Source: a virus
Taxonomy: Duplodnaviria; Caudoviricetes
Length of the DNA stretch: 55,124 nucleotides
Virus record (IMG/VR): IMGVR_UViG_3300031470_000001
Span: 1-55,124 of that record
Strand: one strand, 5' to 3'
This document shows positions 37,420 to 45,410 of this stretch, piece by piece. Under the pieces are notes generated by a model. The model worked only from the letters and a program-made list of their open reading frames with translations, was not told the origin of the DNA and did no database searches. Position 1 is the first letter of the stretch; every line of letters begins with the position of its first letter. A program made the position numbers and the translations under genes.

Positions 37420-38226
37420 TTATTCGACCAGAGTAGGTCGATCCTTACCGGACATGATCTGCGCCTGTTGGCCAGGCTGCAGCGCGTTAAAGGCCGACAT
37501 GGTCATGGTCCGGCCTGAACCACCGCTGGCATTCCCACTTCCACGAGAACCACCACCCGTCGAGCCGGTGCCTTTGAGAATGCTGTCCCGGTAGGGGTAC
37601 TGCTCCACCAAGGTCTCGATAGCCTCATCAAAATTGGCAGGATCACCAGGACGCGCGACAGAAAAGATCTTTTCCCCATTAGGGTAATGGGCGATCATCT
37701 TGCCGTCCTCGAACTTGAAGTTCGAGCCGAATTGCGCCTTCATCATCGCGGCTGGAACGGCAGAGCGATCATTGATGAACTTAGACTGCGTAAAAGCGAG
37801 GCCAAGCAGTGTGCTATCCAGATCGCCCTTGAAGCGATCGCGATCCGCCTCAGCGAGGCGAAGCTTTTTGGCGTGCTCCTTAGCAGCGGCGCTGACCTGC
37901 TCATCAGCAGCGCGGCGAGCCGCATCCTTGATTTCTTGTACTTGACCCGCGGTCAGAAGCTCGCCCTCTTTGAGGTTTTTGACGGTCTCCAGCGCCTTAC
38001 GGGCGGAGTCGGCGTCATCGATGCCCTCATACGCCTTCAGCTTGGCTTCGGCAGCCTCGCGAGCTTCGCGCTGGGTCTTACTCTCGCCATTGAGACGGGA
38101 GATCGTATTTCGAGTATGCGCAAGATCAAAAGCGACATCCTTGCCATCGTCATCCACAATGATCGGCTTGTCGTCCTGGACTTCGGCGTAAGTCTTGCCT
38201 TCGATAACGACTGTTTTAAGCTTCAA
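37420..38226 (-). CDS. Capsid scaffolding protein (DUF6651-like)
   Basis: TTG start KLKTV; coiled coil; ANFDEAIETLVEQYPYRDSILKG.G..GGGS. Confidence 0.82.
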   Translation of the reverse strand: MKLKTVVIEGKTYAEVQDDKPIIVDDDGKDVAFDLAHTRNTISRLNGESKTQREAREAAEAKLKAYEGIDDADSARKALETVKNLKEGELLTAGQVQEIKDAARRAADEQVSAAAKEHAKKLRLAEADRDRFKGDLDSTLLGLAFTQSKFINDRSAVPAAMMKAQFGSNFKFEDGKMIAHYPNGEKIFSVARPGDPANFDEAIETLVEQYPYRDSILKGTGSTGGGSRGSGNASGGSGRTMTMSAFNALQPGQQAQIMSGKDRPTLVE

Positions 38227-38311
38227 TTGAACTTCTCCATGGCATCCGCCAGCCAAAGGCCATCCAGCCTAATCAGAGAAGACCCGATCCTGGATCAACT
38301 CAGAACTACAA

Positions 38312-39784
38312 TCAGTCTTGAACCTTGATCGTCTCTTGGATTGGCGGTGCGCCAGTAGCAACAAGGCGATCAGATTCAGCCGCAAGCTGAACTTCATTCG
38401 TAAGCATATCGAAATCGGCAGGCAGTACGTCAAAGCGCTTTAGGCTGCCGATCAACGTCTCGTGCGAAATGTCCTTTGTCGCCCGAGCCGTCAGTAACGC
38501 CTTAAGCGGCTCTGCCGCATACGGGAGGACGCTGAAGTCCGTTGACACTTCGGTTTGGATCGTCGTCTCGATGCCGAGATACTGTGCCGTGAACACCATG
38601 GCCTGCTCAATGGCGTCATTTTGCAAAAGCGCCCAACTTTTCACCGCACTGTGGGCCTTAGCGGCGTCGATGGCCTTACCAGTGGCGGTCGGATTGCCCG
38701 GTTGTTCGGTGAGTGGCTGAAGTCCGATCCGACGCATATCAGACTGGATCGCTTCGACACTGGCCTTGATGGCGGTGATGTTGGCCGGGTTTGGCTGAAC
38801 GAAATCCCAATAGGGCGTGGGGCCGTCCCCTATACGAGGGGCAAAGAGAATTGTCTTCGGACCAAGCGCGATAGCGCGCTCCTTCTCGGAAGGCGGAGCG
38901 ATCCCATTCCCCGACAGCATGGGAGACCCCGCGTAGACCAGGATTTCCTCATACCTCGACAGAGCCTGGAAAAGCTCGATCTGCATGTCGCTAACACTTT
39001 GTAGAGGAAGTCTGACCTCCTGCATCCCGAGCCTCTTGCCGAGGAAACACAGTGCGAGCGGCACGCTATGATGTTTGCCGCCCCGAACCATGGGCGTCAC
39101 ACCTTGGCTCACCCAGATACCCTTAGTGTCTTGCTCGAACACTTCCGACGTACCGGGTTCCAGTACGCGGATCTGGTTGACGATCTTCTCGCCATACCCA
39201 TCCCGCTCAGTCCGACATTCACGGATGCGGGCGTGGGTGATGACCTCGCGCCCTCCCTCAACATCAGTGTAGAGCGCGATGATGTTGTCGATCGGCACCT
39301 GGATCCAATATGGACGAGCACCTGCTGTTTTCTCATCGGCCCGCGATGCATTATCAGGCATCGGCGGATGGTCAACGAGGATAGCGTGAGCGCCCTTGGC
39401 CACCGCGTTAGAGAATGCATCGGATGCGAAAACCGTTAAACTATTTCCACGACCGTCAATGTCGTCTACGAGTCCGCCAGAGCGCATCTTCGTGGATGGA
39501 TCAACTGTCCCTTGAATATCGTCGGGAACGTTGCCTTTCAGCGTGACATCACGCCCGAACGGTTTGGACGCCAACGTCTGCAGGATATCGGCAAACTCGG
39601 GGCGCCATGGCGCCGAGGAAAGACGCCGATCATAGTCACCCTGCGTCTCGATCTCATACCTGGGCAGATAGGTCGATCGCCGTGCCCTGATTGCCTCGAC
39701 ACCATCGAGAATGTCCGACACGAGGCGCCACCTCGGCTCCATGCGCTTGTATTCTGTCGATGTCGTAGAAGGATCGTCGGGCAC
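38312..39784 (-). CDS. Portal protein (DUF4055-like)
   Basis: YLPR...E....Y..RL, DIDGRG.SL, ILVDHP...RPYW; follows TerL. Confidence 0.87.
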   Translation of the reverse strand: MPDDPSTTSTEYKRMEPRWRLVSDILDGVEAIRARRSTYLPRYEIETQGDYDRRLSSAPWRPEFADILQTLASKPFGRDVTLKGNVPDDIQGTVDPSTKMRSGGLVDDIDGRGNSLTVFASDAFSNAVAKGAHAILVDHPPMPDNASRADEKTAGARPYWIQVPIDNIIALYTDVEGGREVITHARIRECRTERDGYGEKIVNQIRVLEPGTSEVFEQDTKGIWVSQGVTPMVRGGKHHSVPLALCFLGKRLGMQEVRLPLQSVSDMQIELFQALSRYEEILVYAGSPMLSGNGIAPPSEKERAIALGPKTILFAPRIGDGPTPYWDFVQPNPANITAIKASVEAIQSDMRRIGLQPLTEQPGNPTATGKAIDAAKAHSAVKSWALLQNDAIEQAMVFTAQYLGIETTIQTEVSTDFSVLPYAAEPLKALLTARATKDISHETLIGSLKRFDVLPADFDMLTNEVQLAAESDRLVATGAPPIQETIKVQD

Positions 39785-41140
39785 TCAGCGTCTCGTGCGG
39801 TAGGTCTGGACGAGCGAGGAGGTGGAAAGCATAAAGCTGTCGATCATTAACTCGCTCATGGCCCACACCATCGCGTCGGCCCGGTCAGGACTTCGCTCGC
39901 CGGTGTAGCCGGCAGAAGAGAAGTTACATAACTGGTCTTCAAGATCTGGAAACCGCCCAAGATGAGCCACGTCGCCCGCCTCGTAGAGCGCTGCGACCGG
40001 CTCGGCTCTGACGTGCTTGCCACGGGACGCTGTGATCAACTTGACGGGCAAATTCTGTCGCGCTGTGCGGATGACCGCCTCGACCATCGCCCCGCCGAAG
40101 TTCCGTTCCGCCACGATGGTGTTGGCAGACCAGTCGTCGAAGGCTTTCACCGCGGTTTTGGCCCATTGCTCCGGACCAGCACGTAAGGTGCAATCCGCGA
40201 GAACATAAGCTTTCTTGCCGGCCCGGCCAACCACGCTGATGCCGATCTCGTCGGACCGCTTGTCTTCCTCGCCAGCGGCGCCGGAAGGGTCCACAGCGAC
40301 TACCACCCGGCCGATGCCAAGCCGAGCCAGCGTAACGGCCGGCTGCTCGTTCGGCACGGGATCGATCCGGCACTTTTCCAGCCCGTCATAGGTCCACAGC
40401 GCACCCTCGACCTCGGCAACGTACTGGCCATCGAAGAACCGGCGGCGCTGCTTGTCGGGCAGGTTGGCGAGCGAAGCCAGGAACTCGGGACTGAGGTTCG
40501 CGGCGTTGTCGTTCGGGTTGATGAAGGCGCGACGGTAGTTCTCGGGATCGGCGAGCGGCTTCCGGCTGACCGGGTCGCGGCCTTCCCCGAATTCGTGATA
40601 GGTCCAATGCCCCGTGCCGGACGGGTTCATGTCGTAATAGGCCCGCTGCCTCAGGCCATCGACCTGTTGCGCCAGCCTGGTCCGCGCCGTCAGCACCGAT
40701 GAGTAGGGAATCTGGCTGCATTCGTTGAACAGAATCGTCGCGAACTCGGTCCCGAGGATCTTGTCGACCCGTTCCTTGTCGTCGAGGCCGCCGAGCCAGA
40801 TTTCGGAGCCATTGGGCAGCGCGAAGAACTTGTCCTGCCGGTGCTCGGTGAGCTTCACGCCGGGAAAGCAGATCGACATCACCCTGGGCAGCGTGTCGAG
40901 GGCGATCGAAGCCCGGACGGCGTTGTCACGGAAGCGCAGGATGGCATGACGGGATCCGGCGCCACGAAGCGCCCGGATCACCACGGCGCGCGTCAGCAAC
41001 AGTGTCTTGCCGGAACGAACCCCACCCGCAAGCAGCGTGTGCCGCTGCGAACCTTCAAGAAGAGCCTGCCCCCGGATTTGACCGGGGTTCGGATTATAGG
41101 TTGGCGTCGCCGGAGCTGATTTGGACCGTGACGTTGGCAT
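39785..41140 (-). CDS. terL: Terminase large subunit
   Basis: Walker A GGVRSGKT, Walker B ILFNE, nuclease VAVDP, SPDRADA. Confidence 0.95.
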   Translation of the reverse strand: MPTSRSKSAPATPTYNPNPGQIRGQALLEGSQRHTLLAGGVRSGKTLLLTRAVVIRALRGAGSRHAILRFRDNAVRASIALDTLPRVMSICFPGVKLTEHRQDKFFALPNGSEIWLGGLDDKERVDKILGTEFATILFNECSQIPYSSVLTARTRLAQQVDGLRQRAYYDMNPSGTGHWTYHEFGEGRDPVSRKPLADPENYRRAFINPNDNAANLSPEFLASLANLPDKQRRRFFDGQYVAEVEGALWTYDGLEKCRIDPVPNEQPAVTLARLGIGRVVVAVDPSGAAGEEDKRSDEIGISVVGRAGKKAYVLADCTLRAGPEQWAKTAVKAFDDWSANTIVAERNFGGAMVEAVIRTARQNLPVKLITASRGKHVRAEPVAALYEAGDVAHLGRFPDLEDQLCNFSSAGYTGERSPDRADAMVWAMSELMIDSFMLSTSSLVQTYRTRR

Positions 41141-41633
41141 TCAACTCCGGATCCTTGAACATCCCAAGGTGCTTGCCGAGCTTCTCAAGCGCACCGAGTT
41201 TGTCGTGCAGCTTGATTTTCAGCGCGCCTTCCTTGGTTTGCGAAACCTCGGCAAGCGCACCGGCCGTAGCGTCGTCGATCTTGTCGCTGTCGATGAGCAC
41301 GACTTGATTGAAGGCCCGGATAGCAGGTTCACCCGTGTCAGGGTCCTCGCCAACCTCGGTCACATTGGAGTGCCACCTGACTGCCTTGCGGAGGTCGCTG
41401 AAGCCGATCTTGGCTAGCTCACGGACAACCGCCTCGACCGTTACGCCGGCCTGCCTAGCCCCTTCGGAGAGGATCTCCTGAACACGTGCGCGCACTTGCT
41501 CATTTTTGCTCAGCCGACCCGCATTAGAGCCGTGGGCCTCGTAGCCCGCCGCGACATAGGCCGCCGAAGCACTCATCCCTTGAGCCATCGCCTGGGCGAA
41601 AAGCTCATACTTCGCATTGGAGAGGATTGGCAC
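41094..41633 (-). CDS. terS: Terminase small subunit
   Basis: ELFAQ...AYVAAGY, ELAKIGFSD, IKLHDKLGALEKLGKHLGMF. Confidence 0.93.
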   Translation of the reverse strand: MPILSNAKYELFAQAMAQGMSASAAYVAAGYEAHGSNAGRLSKNEQVRARVQEILSEGARQAGVTVEAVVRELAKIGFSDLRKAVRWHSNVTEVGEDPDTGEPAIRAFNQVVLIDSDKIDDATAGALAEVSQTKEGALKIKLHDKLGALEKLGKHLGMFKDPELNANVTVQISSGDANL

Positions 41634-41716
41634 CGCTCAATTCCACTCTGAGTTTGAGCGGTTATCGTGCCGCCGCGTAGCCTGATTGCCCATCGGGCGA
41701 ATTTGGAAGCGGGAGT

Positions 41717-41791
41717 TGGAGCCCGAGGTCAGAATCGAACTGACGACCTGCGGTTACAAATCGGCCGCTCTGCCATTGGAGCTACAGGGGC
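41717..41791 (-). pseudogene. Degenerate tRNA-Thr(UGU)
   Basis: Intact D arm (GCTC/GAGC), T arm (GTCAG-TTCGATT-CTGAC) and CCA; two acceptor-stem mismatches and a broken anticodon stem. Confidence 0.8.
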
Positions 41792-41902
41792 GATTGTCGG
41801 TGCGAGGCCACAAGCCTCCGTACGAGGGTGATTTTTTCCCCTCTGGGTCTCGGTTAGCGCCGCAGCGCAGAATGGAACCCGAAATCGAACCGTCCCAAGC
41901 CC

Positions 41903-42805
41903 TTATCGCATCGGCGCGACTTGCGCAAGCTCCATTTCGGCAGGCGAGATCCGCCCGAAGATCGCCACCCCTACTTTCACCCGTGATTTCTCCTCGTCCA
42001 CCGCTTCAATCGTGCCTGGGAAAGACGCAAAGGGACCATCGACGATCCGGACCATTGCGCCGACCTCCACCCATTCGGGAAGCTTGGACACGCGCTTTGT
42101 ACGCTTGAAGACCGTTTCATCATAGATCCCTTCGTTTTCCTGCGAGAGGATATGTTGTACGAGGACATCTGGAACGGACATCGGGCCAGACCCGAACTCG
42201 ACGAAGCGTCCGACGCCATAGAATTGGCCTTCATCACCGGTCAGGGCCCCAAAAGGCGGTCCGCCGCCATCGGATGATCGCTGAGGCAGATGGACCAAGG
42301 CATAGCTGGCGAACGCCGGCTTCACCAAGACCACATTACGCTTTCGGACACCGTTGCCGCGGCTCACAACCCTAACGCTGCGAGGCCAATAGGCTTTGCA
42401 CCCCTGACGCTCAACGAAGCGCCGCATGCGCTCCGGTGCCGCCACATTGGGTTGGATCGTCAACACGAACCATGATTTATCCGGCGCTATAATCTCGTAG
42501 ACATCGTCGATTAGCTTGAAATCTGGATTGGAGCTCGACTCCCTGTCCTTGACGATATGCGTCCGGCCATTGATCCGATAGGCTCCCTCGACGGTGGGGA
42601 TGGGGGCCGCGAAAACCGCGACGGGTTCCATTAACCCGGCCTCACGCAGTGCGGCTTCGATCTCGGGCCGAGGAGCTTCCTTGCCCGGCACATGCCGCGC
42701 CCCATCCTGCCTGGCCCTATCCATGCGGGATTGTTGCTCCCCATCGGGAATGTCGTCGTGGGGACGGCGAGGGGTGTCGTCTTCGTCCGAAGTTGAAACG
42801 ATCAT
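41903..42805 (-). CDS. NusG-family transcription antiterminator (NGN + KOW)
   Basis: WFVL, PAFASYALV, VRIVDGPFASFPGTIEAVDEEKSRVKVGVAIFGR; upstream of late genes; alternative start 42631. Confidence 0.9.
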   Translation of the reverse strand: MIVSTSDEDDTPRRPHDDIPDGEQQSRMDRARQDGARHVPGKEAPRPEIEAALREAGLMEPVAVFAAPIPTVEGAYRINGRTHIVKDRESSSNPDFKLIDDVYEIIAPDKSWFVLTIQPNVAAPERMRRFVERQGCKAYWPRSVRVVSRGNGVRKRNVVLVKPAFASYALVHLPQRSSDGGGPPFGALTGDEGQFYGVGRFVEFGSGPMSVPDVLVQHILSQENEGIYDETVFKRTKRVSKLPEWVEVGAMVRIVDGPFASFPGTIEAVDEEKSRVKVGVAIFGRISPAEMELAQVAPMR

Positions 42806-42863
42806 CGTGATCCTCTATGTCTCGCGCTCGGAATGGCCCAGCCAGAACTTTCCATGCGTGCCG

Positions 42864-42892
42864 CCCGTCCGGTGAGAGCCGGGCGGGTTTTT
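42864..42892 (+). terminator. Intrinsic terminator (plus strand)
   Basis: CCCGTCCGG-TGAGAG-CCGGGCGGG-TTTTT. Confidence 0.7.
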
Positions 42893-42900
42893 CATAGGCC

Positions 42901-43119
42901 TTAGTCGAGCTGCGCGACTTCCTCGCGGGTGAGGAGCCTGTCCCACCATTGCGGCATGGCCTCCAAGGGAGACCCGGACGCATCCACGAACAGGATCTCG
43001 CCACCAGGGTTGATATTCATCTGGTGAGTCTTCAAGCAGGCAGCTATTTCGTTTTCGGCATGCGTGATGACAGCGCCACGGAAACTATCATCGTCCGCGA
43101 AGGACATGTAAAACAACAT
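42901..43119 (-). CDS. Hypothetical protein
   Basis: GGAGG/GAGG RBS; INPGGE and RLLTREE motifs. Confidence 0.7.
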   Translation of the reverse strand: MLFYMSFADDDSFRGAVITHAENEIAACLKTHQMNINPGGEILFVDASGSPLEAMPQWWDRLLTREEVAQLD

Positions 43120-43182
43120 CCTCAACCCTCCTTCCGCGCTATCCGCAGCCTGGCGATTATGCACTTGAGTTAGCGATTTTCG

Positions 43183-43401
43183 ATGGAAAACGACAGCGAA
43201 AGTATCAACAAAGAATATCGTGAGCTATCCGCGAGGCGCCGCCTCGCCAAGCGGCTATTCGAGGCCGAGGAGTTTCTAGACCCTGGCAATACCGGATCAT
43301 GGGAAGAGTTAAGCGAACGGGAGCGGAGCTACTACGAGGCGCTTATTGGAGAACTGCTCATTGAGAAACGCGATTTGTGCTTGGCCATGGAAATATCCTA
43401 G
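43183..43401 (+). CDS. Small acidic hypothetical protein
   Basis: 72-aa ORF overlapping the HNH 3' end convergently. Confidence 0.45.
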   Translation: MENDSESINKEYRELSARRRLAKRLFEAEEFLDPGNTGSWEELSERERSYYEALIGELLIEKRDLCLAMEIS

Positions 43402-44175
43402 CATGACTTCATAGATAGGCGTTCCCATTCCGGGGAGAAGGGAACAAAGAGCATTTAACGAGTGCCTATTGTTATGTGTTAAAACCCCCATCTCTATTTG
43501 CCAAATGGGAGAATCTCCTTTGATTGGTTTGTTTATGCCTACTTGGCCGAATACGTAAGACACGTTACTGGCCCTCTTTAGGAAATATGGAATACAAATC
43601 GGAGTAAAAGCACCGTATCCCATTTCAGCTACCGCGTAAGCGTAGCTTATCTTAGCTATTGTCCGCGCAAACTCAACAGGAAGATGCTGCATTGTCAATT
43701 TCCCATCCCAGTTATATTTCTTCTTGAAGTCGTTAAGATCATCTGTGGCATAGCCCATTGCGGTGTGCTGTAAAACATCGAGGTGTGGCGGCGAGTCCAG
43801 AAAGAAACCTGCGCGACCAAAATGAGGAAAAAAGGCCCCGACTGGATATTCAGTGACCGGCACCTTTCTTCGTCCGGTTAGTCCACGATCGTCGACAGTT
43901 CCAATTTCAACATGCGTTTCACGTTGCTTTGGACGGCGGGTCGGAAAGCCGTAACGCAAGCGTATGTTCCTCAGAGTGGTGCCAACCGTCTTTCCTTCGA
44001 AAGCATGCGTTTCGTTTGCACATGACTTACAGCTTGCCTTGGGCAATAAGAGATGCCCTCCAAGGGAGAACGGGATAACGTGCTCGTCGGACAGCGGAGG
44101 CTCGGTGGTGCCGCAGTAGATGCAGCGGCCGACCTCCGGGTAGCGGTGCGTTGGGCGAAGATTGAGGTCCGACAT
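43309..44175 (-). CDS. HNH nuclease (N-terminal) with an unknown C-terminal domain; low-GC moron
   Basis: RCIYCG...SDEHVIPFSLGG...SCKSC. Confidence 0.82.
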   Translation of the reverse strand: MSDLNLRPTHRYPEVGRCIYCGTTEPPLSDEHVIPFSLGGHLLLPKASCKSCANETHAFEGKTVGTTLRNIRLRYGFPTRRPKQRETHVEIGTVDDRGLTGRRKVPVTEYPVGAFFPHFGRAGFFLDSPPHLDVLQHTAMGYATDDLNDFKKKYNWDGKLTMQHLPVEFARTIAKISYAYAVAEMGYGAFTPICIPYFLKRASNVSYVFGQVGINKPIKGDSPIWQIEMGVLTHNNRHSLNALCSLLPGMGTPIYEVMLGYFHGQAQIAFLNEQFSNKRLVVAPLPFA

Positions 44176-44374
44176 GGGCGAGGAACCGAACGAAGCTTAC
44201 AGCAACGAGGAAACGGAACGGCGCCGGGAAGCGGCCTTGAAGCGCCTGCTCAGCACCCCTCCCGAGCCGCGGGGCAAGTCCGCCAGCCCAGAAGGTGGCA
44301 AGAAGCGGGGACGGCGCAGCACGCACGATCGCCAGCGCAGCATCCCAGATGAGCGCGTGCGTCTCGCGAGCTAG
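44174..44374 (+). CDS. Small basic hypothetical protein
   Basis: YSNEETERRREAALKRLLSTPPEP; start overlaps the HNH start (CATG). Confidence 0.45.
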   Translation: MGEEPNEAYSNEETERRREAALKRLLSTPPEPRGKSASPEGGKKRGRRSTHDRQRSIPDERVRLAS

Positions 44375-44580
44375 GCGAAGCACCGTCTCGAAGGCAACCC
44401 GTTTCCCGGGTTCGAACAAGGTCTCGGCTCGAATGGGCTCGGGCCGCTGTGGAGCCCGCACACACCCGGTTCCGTCTCCGGCCGGCACATCGGATGCCGA
44501 ACCGCCTGAATCGGCGTCCACGGGCTTCCCAGGCCCGGCATCCGGCCTTGTGAGGTCGGCCAGCATAGCGCGGAGGTCAC
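44371..44580 (-). CDS. Hypothetical protein
   Basis: GTGA-coupled to upstream gene; reading frame uncertain. Confidence 0.35.
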   Translation of the reverse strand: MTSALCWPTSQGRMPGLGSPWTPIQAVRHPMCRPETEPGVCGLHSGPSPFEPRPCSNPGNGLPSRRCFA

Positions 44581-45119
44581 GCATGGGGGTTCCTTTGATC
44601 GGGTAAGAGGCCACTATCACCCTTGGCCGGCTCGTCAGGGTGAAAGTCGATCACCTCCGCACCAGGAAATTGCCGCTTAATCACGTCGATGACCTTGAAA
44701 CCTTCGAGCCCGGCCAGGATCGCGGCGACTTCGTCGGGCGTCACGAAACAGACTTGTCGGCCATGAAGCTCGGCAACCCGGTCGGCCGCAGCCCTCTGAT
44801 TCGCTATGGCGACTCGGAAACCGGTTCGGGCGCACCAGCCCTCGAGATAGGCATCGTCTGGCGCACCCGCCGCTTCCATGACCCGCACCACGGCCGCGTA
44901 GCCTCGGCACGTCGCGGCGCCATGCTTCTCGACATCGGATTCCGAGCCCGACAGCGTCGCCTCGTTGAAATCGTCGAGCTGCAGCCGAAGTCGCTTCGCC
45001 AGACCGGCATCGACACGCTTCAGGGCACCCGCAGTCCAGCGTCGCTCGAACGCGGTAGCGGCTTTCGCTGTCTGGGCGATCCAGTCCCGGACCGACGCCG
45101 CGTCCCCCGCCGCGCTCAC
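44577..45119 (-). CDS. Hypothetical protein downstream of primase-helicase
   Basis: Co-oriented 180-aa ORF; KRQFPGAEV motif. Confidence 0.7.
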   Translation of the reverse strand: MSAAGDAASVRDWIAQTAKAATAFERRWTAGALKRVDAGLAKRLRLQLDDFNEATLSGSESDVEKHGAATCRGYAAVVRVMEAAGAPDDAYLEGWCARTGFRVAIANQRAAADRVAELHGRQVCFVTPDEVAAILAGLEGFKVIDVIKRQFPGAEVIDFHPDEPAKGDSGLLPDQRNPHA

Positions 45120-45164
45120 GACAGGGGCTCCGACTGCGGCCCGCAGCAGAACAGCAGAACGACC

Positions 45165-45406
45165 CCCTCTCCTATCTTTCTATATGTATGCGAGTGTATG
45201 TGTATATATGTGCCTTTTACCTTTTTAAGAAAAGAAGTGCTGTAGTGCTGTACAAGAGAAAAGTTCGTGCAAAACCAATACGTTAACCCACTGCACGTCG
45301 GCTGCACGTCGGCCACAGCACATGCGAAAACAGCATGACGCAAAAGGGCACAGCACTTCCAATGTGCTGTGCCCCCCCCATCACTGCAGGTCGGCGCAGC
45401 AGGTCG
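45165..45406. other. Putative phage replication origin
   Basis: AT-rich tract, CTGCASGTCGG repeats and an 11-bp inverted repeat right after the primase-helicase gene. Confidence 0.55.
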
Positions 45407-45410
45407 AACG

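Noticed and set aside
41717-41791. tRNA as the prophage attachment site
   Set aside because: Internal to the phage between nusG-like and terS; no duplicated 3' end or integrase nearby
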